Of a DNA stretch of 64,000 nucleotides, positions 9,559 to 21,116 are shown in pieces. This DNA comes from a virus. Position numbers and translations under genes: made by a program. Every line of letters begins with the position of its first letter. The first letter of the stretch is position 1. The stretch covers positions 1 through 64,000 of the IMG/VR virus record IMGVR_UViG_3300027741_000027; one strand, 5' to 3'. Under the pieces are notes generated by a model. That model had not been told where the DNA came from, ran no database searches, and saw nothing but the letters and a program-made list of their open reading frames with translations.

Positions 9559-11450
9559 AACTACTTACATCCGAATTACTATTTGAACTTGATGAGAAGG
9601 GCGAGGATCACAGAAGCAATTTTGTAATCCTTGACCCTCATCCTGATTTTGTAGATCAATGGCTCGTTAATGCTTTTGATGAATCCTTCTTTTATGAAGT
9701 CGATGAATACATTGGCAGGTACAGGTCTGTATCAACAGCAAGGATCGATGGGTTTCTTGCTCTTTGCAAAGATCTAAACAAAGAAGTAGTTTGGACACAA
9801 GATCCAACTCCAAACATTGATCAGTATTTATCATTAGATAATGTACCCGAAGTTAAGATTGAATCGCCATTTGATAATACGATCAACGGCTTCCTTCCTT
9901 TTCAGGTTCAAGGATTCAACTTTCTTAAAAATCTTAAGGGCGGAGTAGTTGAATGGTCTACCGGAACAGGCAAAACTGTTATTGCCTCAGCATTGCTCAA
10001 ATACCACTACGATCAAGACAATTTTGACTTAGCATTGTTTGTGGTAAAGAGCCACAACACTATTAACACTCAGAGAAGCCTAGAAAGGCTTGTAGGAATT
10101 GATTCAACCGTCATTCGGGGCAATAGAGCTAAAAGGGAAAAACTTTATTCAGAGGTCTCTTCTGACAAAGCCGTACTCATTCTCAATTACGAGAAATTTA
10201 GAGTAGACACAGAAGAACTGAAGAACATAATCGGAGGCAAGCGCGTCTTTATCATTTGGGATGAGATGCCAACTAAACTAAAAACTAGATCGTCCCAAAA
10301 CTATAAAGGTGTAATTGAGTGTCTTTATACGACACCACCCCCGCAAGTATCGAAAGATAAAGAGCGGGCTGAGCTACGGCAATACATGCTGTCAGCAACA
10401 CCAATTGAAAACAATCCAGAAGATTTTTTCAACTGCATTAGGATTATTGACCCAGACGTTTACGGAACCGTCAAAGATTTTCGTAATGAATACGTCGCAA
10501 GGTATGATTACTTTGATCGTAATAAACCGGCGGCATGGCATAACCTAGACAAGATGGGACTTAAGGCGTCTCACATTGTCCATCAGGTAGATAAACACGA
10601 TCAGGACATTGCAAAAATGTTTCCTAATGTTATATCTGAGCCATACTTTATTGATTGGAATGACAAGCAGCGCAGTCTTTATGATTCAGTGCGCAAAGAA
10701 GCTCGCAAGGTCGATCCGGACGATGTAAACATCCTTGCAATTATTACAATACTTCAGATGATCTGCAACATGCCATCGATGGTTCTTAATTCTGCCGCTG
10801 CATTTGAAGCATTTGAGGCAGCGGTGCAAGAGGCATTTGATTTGGGCGCTAGTGCGCCTGACAAATCAGGATCAGAGGTTGCAGCCAAGTTAATGGATGC
10901 CATTCAACCTGAGAAGTTTACCAATGACGGTCATGCAAAATTAGAGGTACTTAAATCTCTTATTACAGAAACGCACCCTGACGAAAAGATAACTGTGTTC
11001 TCTGCATTCAATAATGGATTAATGCCAGACCTGCGCAAGTACTTTGACGAGTGGGGCGTATCTCATGTTTACTATGGCGGCACGGCAAAGCAAAGACAAG
11101 AAGCAGAGGATAAGTTTAAGACAGATCCAAATATTCAAGTGTTCTTGTCTTCAGATGCAGGCTCAGATTCTATTAACCTTGAAGTTGGTTCTGTATGCAT
11201 TCATTACGATTTGCCATGGAAATGGTCTACATACACTCAGCGCGAGAATCGCATTCACCGAGTTACATCGAATTTTGAAACCGTCAGGTTTTACACACTG
11301 CTAATGGCAAACTCAGTAGAAGACAGAAAACTTAAAGTTGTTCTTGACAAAATGGGATATCATGATGCCATCTTTAAGGGAGCTATTGCCGATCAAGCAA
11401 TTAACCAAAGAATGAGCAAAAAGGACTTTATGTACATTCTTGAAGGTTAA
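9555..11450 (+). CDS. SNF2-family (SF2) helicase/ATPase
   Basis: GTGKT, WDEM, LSATPIEN, SDAGSDSINL, YDLPW, QRENRIHR. Confidence 0.9.
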   Translation: MKLLTSELLFELDEKGEDHRSNFVILDPHPDFVDQWLVNAFDESFFYEVDEYIGRYRSVSTARIDGFLALCKDLNKEVVWTQDPTPNIDQYLSLDNVPEVKIESPFDNTINGFLPFQVQGFNFLKNLKGGVVEWSTGTGKTVIASALLKYHYDQDNFDLALFVVKSHNTINTQRSLERLVGIDSTVIRGNRAKREKLYSEVSSDKAVLILNYEKFRVDTEELKNIIGGKRVFIIWDEMPTKLKTRSSQNYKGVIECLYTTPPPQVSKDKERAELRQYMLSATPIENNPEDFFNCIRIIDPDVYGTVKDFRNEYVARYDYFDRNKPAAWHNLDKMGLKASHIVHQVDKHDQDIAKMFPNVISEPYFIDWNDKQRSLYDSVRKEARKVDPDDVNILAIITILQMICNMPSMVLNSAAAFEAFEAAVQEAFDLGASAPDKSGSEVAAKLMDAIQPEKFTNDGHAKLEVLKSLITETHPDEKITVFSAFNNGLMPDLRKYFDEWGVSHVYYGGTAKQRQEAEDKFKTDPNIQVFLSSDAGSDSINLEVGSVCIHYDLPWKWSTYTQRENRIHRVTSNFETVRFYTLLMANSVEDRKLKVVLDKMGYHDAIFKGAIADQAINQRMSKKDFMYILEG

Positions 11451-14400
11451 AGCGTTTGAACATAAAAACGCCTTGTTACAGCATCAATTAATTTATCATT
11501 AACATAAATTTTTAAAATTACTGTATGAAGACAATATTCATCTTCATTTGCGGTAAATGATGTACCATCAGGCGCATAATTAAATTTGTAACTGATTGAC
11601 TTACCCGTTTGAACGGTTCCATCATCAAATAACCATTGGTACTTAACATAAGCAAAGTCAGCAGTGCCATTTGTCCAATTTTCGTCTCCAGTAGTAACAT
11701 TTTCAACCGTAAAGGTGGTTTCGGTTGGAACGGATTTAATTTTAAAAACGCCATTATAACCCGCTATATCTGAACCAGATATTGTAACAAAATTGTTTGG
11801 TTGAAATACATGTTTGCTATTTGTTGTATAGGTTACTGTAGAACTGTCTCCCGTCGCGTTAGTAATTGATAAAAGTTTTCCTAAATATCCTTGAAAATTA
11901 TAAACAATTCCGGCAGTTAATCCGTAAGTATCAAAAGAATTTCCACTAGTCTCATAAAGCATTGAACTTGGATCAGGGGTTGCAATTCCGCCAGTACCAG
12001 TAACAGTAACAGAACTTGTTACCGTAAATTGAGTTGAAGTGGCGCTAGCTACAAGAGCACTAGTTAAATTTAAAGTTGAGTTTGAATTATCAGTAATAGT
12101 AATCGTTTCGCCCGCAATAAAATTATTGGCGGCGATGTAAGTAATAGTTGTTCCGTTTCCTGAGGCGCTTGTAATTGAAGCAGGTTTACTTACTTTAATT
12201 TTAGTCAAAGAGCTGCCGTCAGAAACCGGATCTGCTGACGTAGAAATATAAAAACCAGACGATTGTTTATTCAAACGAGTGTCAGTAATATTTCTAAAAG
12301 AATTAATACTATCAGACCATTGAAACGCTCCAAGGTCGGCATACTTAGGCACAGACTTAACTTTTTTAATTGACGCAAATTGAGTTTTAGCTACTCCCTT
12401 AATTTGAAGATTTTTGCCACGCTCACTAAACATCAAACCTTCATTCATGCTTGTATTGTCAAGATCATAATCAACCCAATCATCAATAGCATTAGGTTTT
12501 GCACTCCATTGAACCTGAGGAGAGTTAATTGTTAAATTATTAATAGTGATTTGATTTTTACGCAATGTTTCTTGAACAACATACAATTTGTAATTACCAA
12601 ATTTTAAATTATTTAAAATTAAATTAATTTTATTAATTTGATTAGATTTAATATTGCCCAAAGACAAATCAATTCGAATTTCAATGTCTTTCTCTGTTGA
12701 CAGAAGATAAGCAGAAATGTCATTTTTATTATTAACAAATAAATTAAAATCAATTTTTAATTTTGAATTGTTAACGGTAAAATCATTGGTGCAAAAACCT
12801 TGAACCATATCGCCAGAAGTAACCGTTGAAATAACATACTCGCCAGTCTTTGTATTTGATAAAATTGCGCCCGAACCAAATGCGTAACCCTTAGTAAATT
12901 TTCTTATAGCAGGGCTTGATTCAGAAAAGACTTGAACTCCATTGACTGGAGTTTTTGATTTAAGGGGATTAGAAACATACTCTGCATAAGATGCTGAATT
13001 GACTGCAATTTTTCTAACATAGGATCGGTTATCAAGAAGGTTGGCCCACCAACCAAAACGACCTTTGCGCCTTTGAATTTTAGGATCATAAATCCAACCT
13101 GTATCATGAATAACATTGTAACCATTTATTTGAGATAACTGATAATCATCAGCCCAACCTGCATTAGAATCACTGGAGGTCGAAGTAGTATTATCCCAAT
13201 ATCCAATATTACCTAAATTATATAATTGATTCATTGTCAATCCATCTGATTGATTGTATTGATTGTTTAAACGATTAATGATAACCCTAAATTTGTTATC
13301 TTCTAAAAGAACATTGAATTCATAATTTGTATTAGCAAGTAAACCACCGGTTATTGAAATGTTATAATAAACGGCGCGACCAGTTTGATTCTCATCTTCA
13401 AATTTAATTGTAGCCCCTGTAGAATTCCAAGAAACAGAAACAAAATACAAATGAGTAGTAGTTTTATCATTTGAAGGCGCAAGTTTTGGAGATAGTGTTA
13501 ATGGTCCGGGAATATTATTTTGAGTTAATACGTTTAAAGCAGATTGCGTTTTACCAAGGTTGCCTGTTTCTCTTAAAATCAATCCAATTTGATTATCACC
13601 AGACGTTGGTAATAATCCAGTATTAAAAATCATTGAAGCATTAATATTTACTGGTTGAGGGTCCTTGCTACAATCGCCGATTATCATACTATTAGTTCCG
13701 GTAGTAATACCAGCATAACTTTTAATCATTGGAGGAAATTTTGCCCACAATGCTTCTATGGTAGTAGTAGCAGTTGAACCTACTGGTCCGGGACTAAGAC
13801 CAATAGTTTGAACAGAACTTGTTTTTGTTAAACGATTAGTTTGAGTGTTCCAATCAACAACAGGATACACATAATTTTTGCTCACGCAAATAATTTGAGA
13901 ACAATAAAATGTACCAATCGCTCCCGAACGAGTAATTTTTAATTGAATTTTATTTAACCCTTTAAGAACATTATAAGGAATTGAAGACAAATCAACAGAA
14001 GCTTTATTACTGTTGTTTAAAACATTTAAAGTTATTTCACTAGAGAAAGCGTTAGCTGAAGAAAAAGTTACTTGAACAGATTGAATGGGGTTAGATGAAT
14101 AATTAGGAAATGCAAAATCAATTTGACTATTAGATATACTAAAATTAGTCAAATCAACTGCCGCATCAAAACTTGACTCTGTTGTAATAACAGCATTTGT
14201 TGATAGATCAATTGCTAAACAATTTTGTTTAATACCTATTGCATCATTATACGCAACAGTACCATTAGTCCAAACTTCACCCTCAGTTGTTTTAGAATTA
14301 GTCAAAAGTTCAGTCATTGTATAATTGTCAGCCCAACCTGCACTAGGATTACTGGAAGACGGTGGATTCGCGTCATTATTCCAATATCCAATAGCACCAA

Positions 14401-14605
14401 GGGCGTTCAATTCAAGCATTGTTAATCCGCGACCCTTAACAGGAACAAAAGATCTAAGGTTTTTGCGAGACTGAGTAGGAAACTTAGACAATTGGCCACT
14501 AGTAGTGGTGTTGTCATAAGTTACATAATTACTCCAATCAGAAGATGTAAAATCCTCAGACAAAATATCTAATTGATTATCTTTAGCATTATTATAAGTA
14601 ATCAT
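11447..14605 (-). CDS. Large baseplate/tail-associated protein
   Basis: About 1050 aa, N/S/T-rich beta character, last gene of the baseplate operon; ATG 14605 overlaps the upstream TGA; PKD-like C-terminus (YQWLFDDG). Confidence 0.7.
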   Translation of the reverse strand: MITYNNAKDNQLDILSEDFTSSDWSNYVTYDNTTTSGQLSKFPTQSRKNLRSFVPVKGRGLTMLELNALGAIGYWNNDANPPSSSNPSAGWADNYTMTELLTNSKTTEGEVWTNGTVAYNDAIGIKQNCLAIDLSTNAVITTESSFDAAVDLTNFSISNSQIDFAFPNYSSNPIQSVQVTFSSANAFSSEITLNVLNNSNKASVDLSSIPYNVLKGLNKIQLKITRSGAIGTFYCSQIICVSKNYVYPVVDWNTQTNRLTKTSSVQTIGLSPGPVGSTATTTIEALWAKFPPMIKSYAGITTGTNSMIIGDCSKDPQPVNINASMIFNTGLLPTSGDNQIGLILRETGNLGKTQSALNVLTQNNIPGPLTLSPKLAPSNDKTTTHLYFVSVSWNSTGATIKFEDENQTGRAVYYNISITGGLLANTNYEFNVLLEDNKFRVIINRLNNQYNQSDGLTMNQLYNLGNIGYWDNTTSTSSDSNAGWADDYQLSQINGYNVIHDTGWIYDPKIQRRKGRFGWWANLLDNRSYVRKIAVNSASYAEYVSNPLKSKTPVNGVQVFSESSPAIRKFTKGYAFGSGAILSNTKTGEYVISTVTSGDMVQGFCTNDFTVNNSKLKIDFNLFVNNKNDISAYLLSTEKDIEIRIDLSLGNIKSNQINKINLILNNLKFGNYKLYVVQETLRKNQITINNLTINSPQVQWSAKPNAIDDWVDYDLDNTSMNEGLMFSERGKNLQIKGVAKTQFASIKKVKSVPKYADLGAFQWSDSINSFRNITDTRLNKQSSGFYISTSADPVSDGSSLTKIKVSKPASITSASGNGTTITYIAANNFIAGETITITDNSNSTLNLTSALVASATSTQFTVTSSVTVTGTGGIATPDPSSMLYETSGNSFDTYGLTAGIVYNFQGYLGKLLSITNATGDSSTVTYTTNSKHVFQPNNFVTISGSDIAGYNGVFKIKSVPTETTFTVENVTTGDENWTNGTADFAYVKYQWLFDDGTVQTGKSISYKFNYAPDGTSFTANEDEYCLHTVILKIYVNDKLIDAVTRRFYVQTL

Positions 14606-16245
14606 GCAATCACCCAACCATTACTCGTAGTGTCAAAATCATTGACTGCCACATTTTGATCATCGCCAGTGCTTTCAATATAAAGTTGTGCATCATAAGG
14701 AACCTGATGCAAATCCCTTTGAAATGCAATTTCATTAATGCCAACAAAGTAAGCTTTATTTTGTTCAAACTTTGCAAGGGCTTCACGATAACCATGTCTA
14801 CAAGTCAAATAAAAATGCATAACTGGAAAATTTTTCTCTAAAATTAAAGGTTCGCGATCAAGGGTAGAAACAATTGACGTATCTACTTTTGCCGATAACG
14901 AATTTTCAACAGCATATCTATTAATATCACTAGCTGCCCTACTTGATGCTATTTTACCAATAACCGTAGACTTATCAGATTGTATTACTGGGTCAGATTC
15001 AAAATTTTGAAATGATAATTTAATTTGATTTAAAATGTCGCCAGATAAATTATTATAATCTGATACATTTGTTAAAATATTGGTTGCATATTGAGCATTA
15101 TAATTAGCTAAACCAACAGTATCAATTCCATTTGAAGAAATAAAAATATCATCTTTGTAATAATTATAAGCCAAATCTAATGCATCGTAAGTAATTGATA
15201 CTTCTTGTCCAATAATAGCATCATAAGTTTTATTACGCTTGGCATTATAAAAAACCATAAAATAATCAAGAATCCACTTAGGGTGTTTTTTATATTTAAT
15301 CGGTTTATGAAATAAACCGCCTGAATAATTACGCGCTTGCAAATGAGAAAACTCAACTTTTATATATTTAGCAAATATTGGTTCAGGAAAAACGTAATTT
15401 TGTTTTTTAGTTGCTTTAAACGTTTGCCTGACTGGAGTCCACATAAGGTTGTCCCAATCATCATCGCTATCCACATGACCAAGCAGTTGATTCATTGTGT
15501 AATCATCAGCCCAACCATTAATGGGCGAACCCGATTTATCGCCAATTGAACCTAAATTGTACAAATCAGTCATTGTAAAACCGCTAAGGTTGTCATTTGA
15601 ATAGTAAACATGAAAATAAACATTTGGCGTTACTGGATCAAGATAAACTGAATCAATTACAATGGGGTTTCCTCCAACTTCAAAATAAAGACTTTCAACA
15701 CCAAATTCAGAGGGATTGGGTTTAGACATCCAATAATTAGAGTTTTGTCCTTGAGTTGTAACAGAATCAACGGTTTTATTTACAACAACAGAACGATAAC
15801 TATTTGACAAAAAGTCAACGCCATTATCGGCAACTGATGCAAGCACACGATAAGTGATATCAGAAGAACTTTTATAAATTTTAATAATATTACTAAAATT
15901 AAGATTTAATGTGAATTGACTGTTTAGTAAAGAACTATCAATGTCAACAGATTCGAATCTAATATCAAACCAACCGTCACCATTTGAATCAACAATACAT
16001 TTTGATTCAACTCCAGAAGTCAAAGTAATTGAATCGCAACTTAAACTATAATTGACAGATGCGGTATTAGGAGTAGAAGTATTGATTTTAACTTGAAAAC
16101 CAGTAAGACTAGGAATGTAACCGCCACGTTTAAAATCATTTGGCAAATAAAAAGATTGTGAAACAGTAAGCGCGGTAGTTGAATCATTATATTGATTTTG
16201 ATTAATAATGATGCCGCTATAATTTTTACTAATTAAATCAACCAT
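14602..16245 (-). CDS. Baseplate/tail protein
   Basis: 547 aa, coupled to its neighbours; discoidin-like segment (FAKYIKVEFS). Confidence 0.65.
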   Translation of the reverse strand: MVDLISKNYSGIIINQNQYNDSTTALTVSQSFYLPNDFKRGGYIPSLTGFQVKINTSTPNTASVNYSLSCDSITLTSGVESKCIVDSNGDGWFDIRFESVDIDSSLLNSQFTLNLNFSNIIKIYKSSSDITYRVLASVADNGVDFLSNSYRSVVVNKTVDSVTTQGQNSNYWMSKPNPSEFGVESLYFEVGGNPIVIDSVYLDPVTPNVYFHVYYSNDNLSGFTMTDLYNLGSIGDKSGSPINGWADDYTMNQLLGHVDSDDDWDNLMWTPVRQTFKATKKQNYVFPEPIFAKYIKVEFSHLQARNYSGGLFHKPIKYKKHPKWILDYFMVFYNAKRNKTYDAIIGQEVSITYDALDLAYNYYKDDIFISSNGIDTVGLANYNAQYATNILTNVSDYNNLSGDILNQIKLSFQNFESDPVIQSDKSTVIGKIASSRAASDINRYAVENSLSAKVDTSIVSTLDREPLILEKNFPVMHFYLTCRHGYREALAKFEQNKAYFVGINEIAFQRDLHQVPYDAQLYIESTGDDQNVAVNDFDTTSNGWVIA

Positions 16246-18152
16246 TATACATTTCGTCCCAATCTTAAATTACGAACAACTATTGGCCAAGGAGTATACT
16301 CGCCAGTGTTTTTATTGTAAAACAGTGGGTTTTCCGAGCTAGACTCATCCTTCCTAGTAAACTCGATAGTGATATATCTTGTAAAAATTAAGTTGCCCAA
16401 TGAGTCAGTAAAATGGTATTCAAGTTGATCCCAAGGATTATGATTTTGTGCATCATAATGTAATGAATATTCATAAGGAAAATTATCTTCATTAGTAACG
16501 TTTAAGTAACTTTTTGTTTCACCGTTAGGATCATCAAAAGCATCATATTTAATTTTTATATTTACTGGCAAAGCAAGAGTCTCAAACATTAAAAAGTTAA
16601 CAACTTTAACAGAACCAAGGTCAATTTCTAGCACATCAGTTGCCACGGTTTTATCATCTAAAATTGATTTACGATCAACAGATGCCCAAAAAATATTTCC
16701 CGAATTTTGCTGAGGCACCCCTTGAAGATTTAAATAATCAATGGGATAAACACCATCAATTAAACCAACCCTGACATTGTTGCCGGTATCATAAGTTGTC
16801 CTTGTTGTTTTAATATTAGATGAATGAGAGAGAGCATTAATTGGTTGATAACTATTAATGCCATTTGCATCATATTCAATTGAATAAGGAAAATTAACAA
16901 AGTTGCCTACGCGATAATTAGCCTGCTTAGTTGAGTTAGTATCTTCTTTGCGATAAGCGTTAACCTTTGCAGGCTCATGAAAATGTTGATAATGTTGCCT
17001 ATTGTCATCAGAAACCCTAGGAGCTTCTTTTTCAATACCCGGTTCAATCCAATACAAATTATCCACTGCTGGCCAATTAATTGACTGAGAACCTGTAACA
17101 AACCTTAAAACTTGAATCTGATTGGCATTAGATATGACAGAATACCAAGCTTGTCTTTTAACCGAGCTTTGATTTGGTGCGTAGGACACAAATGTTCCAA
17201 CTGGTTTTAAATAATTTATAGCCAGATCAACATCGTACCTATTGCTGATTGCAACATCTTGTATTAATTGAGTGTCTTGATTACCAATGACCGTTGTAAA
17301 AGTTTCAATAACTTTTGTACCATTTTCATATAATTGATTGACAAAAACAAGGTTTTCTTTTGATTGAATAGTAATCAAAAATCCAGAAAGTGAATCTCCT
17401 TGAACAATTGATGTTAAACCAATTTTTTTCAAAGCGGATTGAATACCAATAATTGTAAGATCGGCAATTAAAATATTAGAAGTCGTGTCATTGTTATTTG
17501 TAAAATAACAAAAACCAGAATTTGGAGTCGTATTAAATTTAATTGAATAAGTATAAGATTGATCCGTTTCATAATGAGGCAAAACGACAAATTCAGAAGT
17601 GGTATCGGTTGTTCCGTAATTAATTTCGCCAATTGGGTCGTCAGAATGAATATCAAAAAGATAACGATAGTTTTCAACTATTTCAACATCTTTACCCAAA
17701 CCGCTTTTTGCTGCAAGTCGCATTCCATCGGGCGTATTTCCTAGTCTGGCGGCATGAAGATAATCAATGGCTCTATTTCTATAAGAGGCATCTTTAACTT
17801 CAAGTTTAGCCCATTCGCCTTGAGTTAAGGACTCGCCGGAAATATTTTCTTGATTTTCATCAAGAATTTTAAAAAATTTAAAAACATTGCCATAAAATTT
17901 TTCAAGCTGAATGTTTTTAAAACCATTGGCTTCTAATTGAAGTCTAGTATTAAAAAAATCTTTTTTGAGAGAACCAACGCCAGAAGGACCAATAAGAGTA
18001 AAAATTAATTTAAAAAGATTAGAATCGGAAGAAGTGTTATAAACTTCTTCAGGGAACCGTTTTAAATATTTTTCAGGAACACTTGCGGCACTTAATGGTT
18101 CAACAATAACATTATTGCTAACAACGTTAGTATATTTTGGTCTTGTGACCAT
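16245..18152 (-). CDS. Baseplate wedge protein (gp7/tail protein I-like N-terminus)
   Basis: Directly downstream of baseplate J, TAATG coupling at 18152; YRNRAIDYLHAARLGNTPDGM. Confidence 0.6.
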   Translation of the reverse strand: MVTRPKYTNVVSNNVIVEPLSAASVPEKYLKRFPEEVYNTSSDSNLFKLIFTLIGPSGVGSLKKDFFNTRLQLEANGFKNIQLEKFYGNVFKFFKILDENQENISGESLTQGEWAKLEVKDASYRNRAIDYLHAARLGNTPDGMRLAAKSGLGKDVEIVENYRYLFDIHSDDPIGEINYGTTDTTSEFVVLPHYETDQSYTYSIKFNTTPNSGFCYFTNNNDTTSNILIADLTIIGIQSALKKIGLTSIVQGDSLSGFLITIQSKENLVFVNQLYENGTKVIETFTTVIGNQDTQLIQDVAISNRYDVDLAINYLKPVGTFVSYAPNQSSVKRQAWYSVISNANQIQVLRFVTGSQSINWPAVDNLYWIEPGIEKEAPRVSDDNRQHYQHFHEPAKVNAYRKEDTNSTKQANYRVGNFVNFPYSIEYDANGINSYQPINALSHSSNIKTTRTTYDTGNNVRVGLIDGVYPIDYLNLQGVPQQNSGNIFWASVDRKSILDDKTVATDVLEIDLGSVKVVNFLMFETLALPVNIKIKYDAFDDPNGETKSYLNVTNEDNFPYEYSLHYDAQNHNPWDQLEYHFTDSLGNLIFTRYITIEFTRKDESSSENPLFYNKNTGEYTPWPIVVRNLRLGRNV

Positions 18153-20614
18153 TAGTGACCCCAAGTATTTTGAGTCTTTTGCCTAATTGTAATGGCGGAA
18201 GAAATATCTGTTGTGCCGTCCGCGTTAATAATAACATCGGGGAGCCTCGCAATTTCATCGTCCTTGAGTGAAATGTCTTTATTATAATCTTTATCGCTTT
18301 TAATATATGAATCAACATTAAATCGCGCTGCAAGATCAAGTGCGCCAGTAGAACTAAAAGGCAATCCTGTTCCAGTAATATACAATGGCACATCATATGT
18401 AGGAAATTTTGCAGACCCGCTAAGCGAATAAGACGATGTAGAAACTTGAGAACCAAGTAAATCTCTAATAGCCACAAGAAGACTATTGCTACTAAGGCTA
18501 GTTTTATCGCTCCAAGCAGTTAAAGTATATCCCGTAGACCCTGTGGTATTGAAAAGCGACAATATTGATTTTTTAACCGTACTTGTATTTTTAGTTGCGC
18601 CAGCAATATAGCTAATTGCAAATGAGTTATTGTAATAAGTTTGACTACCAGAACTTATGTTTAAATAACTAGATGCATCTTTTGTAAAATAAGCCCTTAA
18701 TTTATTATTGCTATCCGGTTCAATAACAAACCTAGCCAAAGGTTGTCCAAGTTTGTTAGTTTCTCTTAATTTAAAAGCATAATACGGCTCTTTGGTTGAA
18801 ATTAATGGAAGCCCAGTAGCATCTGAGCTTTTCCTTGGAGATTGATTGTAAGTCCAGTCAACATTATCAACGCCGGGAGTATTATGGATGACTTGAAGAA
18901 TGTCAGAAAGTTGAATATAAGAACCAAAAGGAATGCCTTTAAAATAAACATCTAAATTATTTTTAATTAAATTATCAATACTAGTTGGATCAACGCCGTT
19001 ATTATAAGCAACACTAACGTCTGGTTTAAAGTAGCGAACTTTGGCTCCGTGAACAAGAACGTCGGTAGTAACTTGCTTATTGGCTTGAGAAGAAGCTTGA
19101 ACATCTTGGATGTTTTGATCATAGGTGTATTGATTAACATTAATGCTGCTAATTTTAGATTTATCAACTCCGGAAATTACAGGGCCAGTATAATAAGGTT
19201 CTTTACCGGCTTGTCCTTTAATTGTAGATGACCACTCAATGCCATTTCTGGCTCTAGTAGTTCCGCGATTACTAGTCCAATCCTCAACACCCCAATAATG
19301 AATATTTTTATAATAAGTGTAAGTTGTTTGAACAGCAGACACTTCATATGAAACAAAAATTGAATCAGGAAGATCGGTTACAGGCTGTTGAAATAATGGA
19401 GTAAAATAATTTTGCGACGATGGAGTAATACTTGCATCACCAATGCGTCTATAATTGTCAGTATACAATGGGCTAGAGGCGTCGGATGTAAACTGTTTAG
19501 ATGGAATTGGAATTGATACACTAGCAACTGATGGTTTTTGCCCATCAATAAAAACGTCGATGCAATTTAAAACTTGTTTTTCATAATTATTTCTTGAAAT
19601 TTTTGAAATGTATGAATACTCAAAAATTACCGTCTCACCGGGAACAACCGAGCGAGCAGAAGCAGTAGAGGGAATTTTAAAAGTTACATTGGGAAGGTCA
19701 CTAATTGTTTGACCTTTAGAATCTCCATAATTTAAAGCAGGATAATTAATTTGATAATCTGCGTCGGGAGAATAAAAACTTTCACCCGTAGTTGTATCTT
19801 TTAAAATATAAGATTGTAAATTGTCATAAAAATGAGCAATGTTAGAATTAGACGAAGGTGCAGTTGTATAATAATTCGCAGATCCGCCGGTACTTGAATC
19901 ATCAGAAGTAGGGACTTGAATTTTTTCTTTGTAAGTAGAGACAGGACCAAGAATATTAGCTTGAGAAACGTTATTGGCTGAAATGGCAAGCGCCAAAAAC
20001 TGATCCATTGTTCCAGACACATTTCTAAAAACAGTATTCTTAAATCTAGTTTTTAATTCATTGTCATTTTCTGGATCTAATCCACCATAAGTTGGCGCTT
20101 CATTTGTAACTTTAGTAATTCCATACACGGGAGTACCAACCCATGAAGTAATAGAACCGGCTGAAGCGTTACCATCAACTCCACTAGTGGCACATTCAAT
20201 TGGCGCTGTTACTGAAGTAGTGCCTTTAGCCAAAACAGAAGACGATGATGTAATAAACATAACATTATATCCGCCAGCAGTAGGCTTTGGTCCCATTAGT
20301 TGTACACCTGCGGGTATATTAATATCTTTGTCACTTGAATTGTCGCGGCTAAAAGTGACGTAACCCTTGGCTTTTCCGCCCCCTTGTCGTCCATAACCAA
20401 ACAGGGAAATTAATTTGTCAATATCGGTTCCATATTTAGATTCAATATCAAATGGAGCAGAAGTAATTGCAATGTCAGTTTGAGCCTCAGCCATAGCTTG
20501 AGCTACAGTTTCAATAATTTTGCGTTCAGGAGTACCCGGTTCGCCAGAAATGCTGGGATCTAAGGCTCTCAATTGAGCCATCATTTGTGATACGTATTGT
20601 TCTTGAGTTGCCAT
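18152..20614 (-). CDS. Baseplate J-like wedge protein
   Basis: GTDIDKLISLFGYGR.GG..AKGYVTFSR, IECATSGVDGN, GGLDPENDNELKTR. Confidence 0.88.
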   Translation of the reverse strand: MATQEQYVSQMMAQLRALDPSISGEPGTPERKIIETVAQAMAEAQTDIAITSAPFDIESKYGTDIDKLISLFGYGRQGGGKAKGYVTFSRDNSSDKDINIPAGVQLMGPKPTAGGYNVMFITSSSSVLAKGTTSVTAPIECATSGVDGNASAGSITSWVGTPVYGITKVTNEAPTYGGLDPENDNELKTRFKNTVFRNVSGTMDQFLALAISANNVSQANILGPVSTYKEKIQVPTSDDSSTGGSANYYTTAPSSNSNIAHFYDNLQSYILKDTTTGESFYSPDADYQINYPALNYGDSKGQTISDLPNVTFKIPSTASARSVVPGETVIFEYSYISKISRNNYEKQVLNCIDVFIDGQKPSVASVSIPIPSKQFTSDASSPLYTDNYRRIGDASITPSSQNYFTPLFQQPVTDLPDSIFVSYEVSAVQTTYTYYKNIHYWGVEDWTSNRGTTRARNGIEWSSTIKGQAGKEPYYTGPVISGVDKSKISSINVNQYTYDQNIQDVQASSQANKQVTTDVLVHGAKVRYFKPDVSVAYNNGVDPTSIDNLIKNNLDVYFKGIPFGSYIQLSDILQVIHNTPGVDNVDWTYNQSPRKSSDATGLPLISTKEPYYAFKLRETNKLGQPLARFVIEPDSNNKLRAYFTKDASSYLNISSGSQTYYNNSFAISYIAGATKNTSTVKKSILSLFNTTGSTGYTLTAWSDKTSLSSNSLLVAIRDLLGSQVSTSSYSLSGSAKFPTYDVPLYITGTGLPFSSTGALDLAARFNVDSYIKSDKDYNKDISLKDDEIARLPDVIINADGTTDISSAITIRQKTQNTWGH

Positions 20615-20615
20615 A

Positions 20616-21077
20616 TTACATGCTAATTTCTAAAGTTTGTTCATTATTTGCGGCGGAAATAAAACTAATCATTACATTAACTTTGTCAAAATATTTGTCT
20701 ATAGAAATGTTTTTTAAATCGTATAAAACTTCGCCGTGAGTCAAAGTTGTTTTTCCATAAGTCAATTTATCAATTTTAGCCCTAGATAAAATTTTTTCTT
20801 GATAATTATTAACAACCCGTGCTATCTCACTTTGAATTCCCAAGATTGTTACATCGTTATCTTTTTCCCCAATGTAACCATTGTGCTGTGTTCCATTAGG
20901 CATTGTTCCGCCATTTAAAAGAGAACCGAAGTCAGGATGCATGTCATCATTGCCCATTTTTTCTAACAAATTACATCTAAGGTCTTGAACAAGTTTTTCC
21001 TCGTTTGATACTACATCAAGACCATTAGACGAACTAAGGGAAAGGTCTCCGTTTTTTAGTGCTAAACTCCAAGTCAT
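20616..21077 (-). CDS. gp25-like baseplate wedge/sheath initiator
   Basis: KLVQDL...HPDFGSLL; directly upstream of baseplate J. Confidence 0.75.
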   Translation of the reverse strand: MTWSLALKNGDLSLSSSNGLDVVSNEEKLVQDLRCNLLEKMGNDDMHPDFGSLLNGGTMPNGTQHNGYIGEKDNDVTILGIQSEIARVVNNYQEKILSRAKIDKLTYGKTTLTHGEVLYDLKNISIDKYFDKVNVMISFISAANNEQTLEISM

Positions 21078-21116
21078 CTTATTAATTAACCTGTCGGAAC
21101 GTAGTATTGCAGAGGG

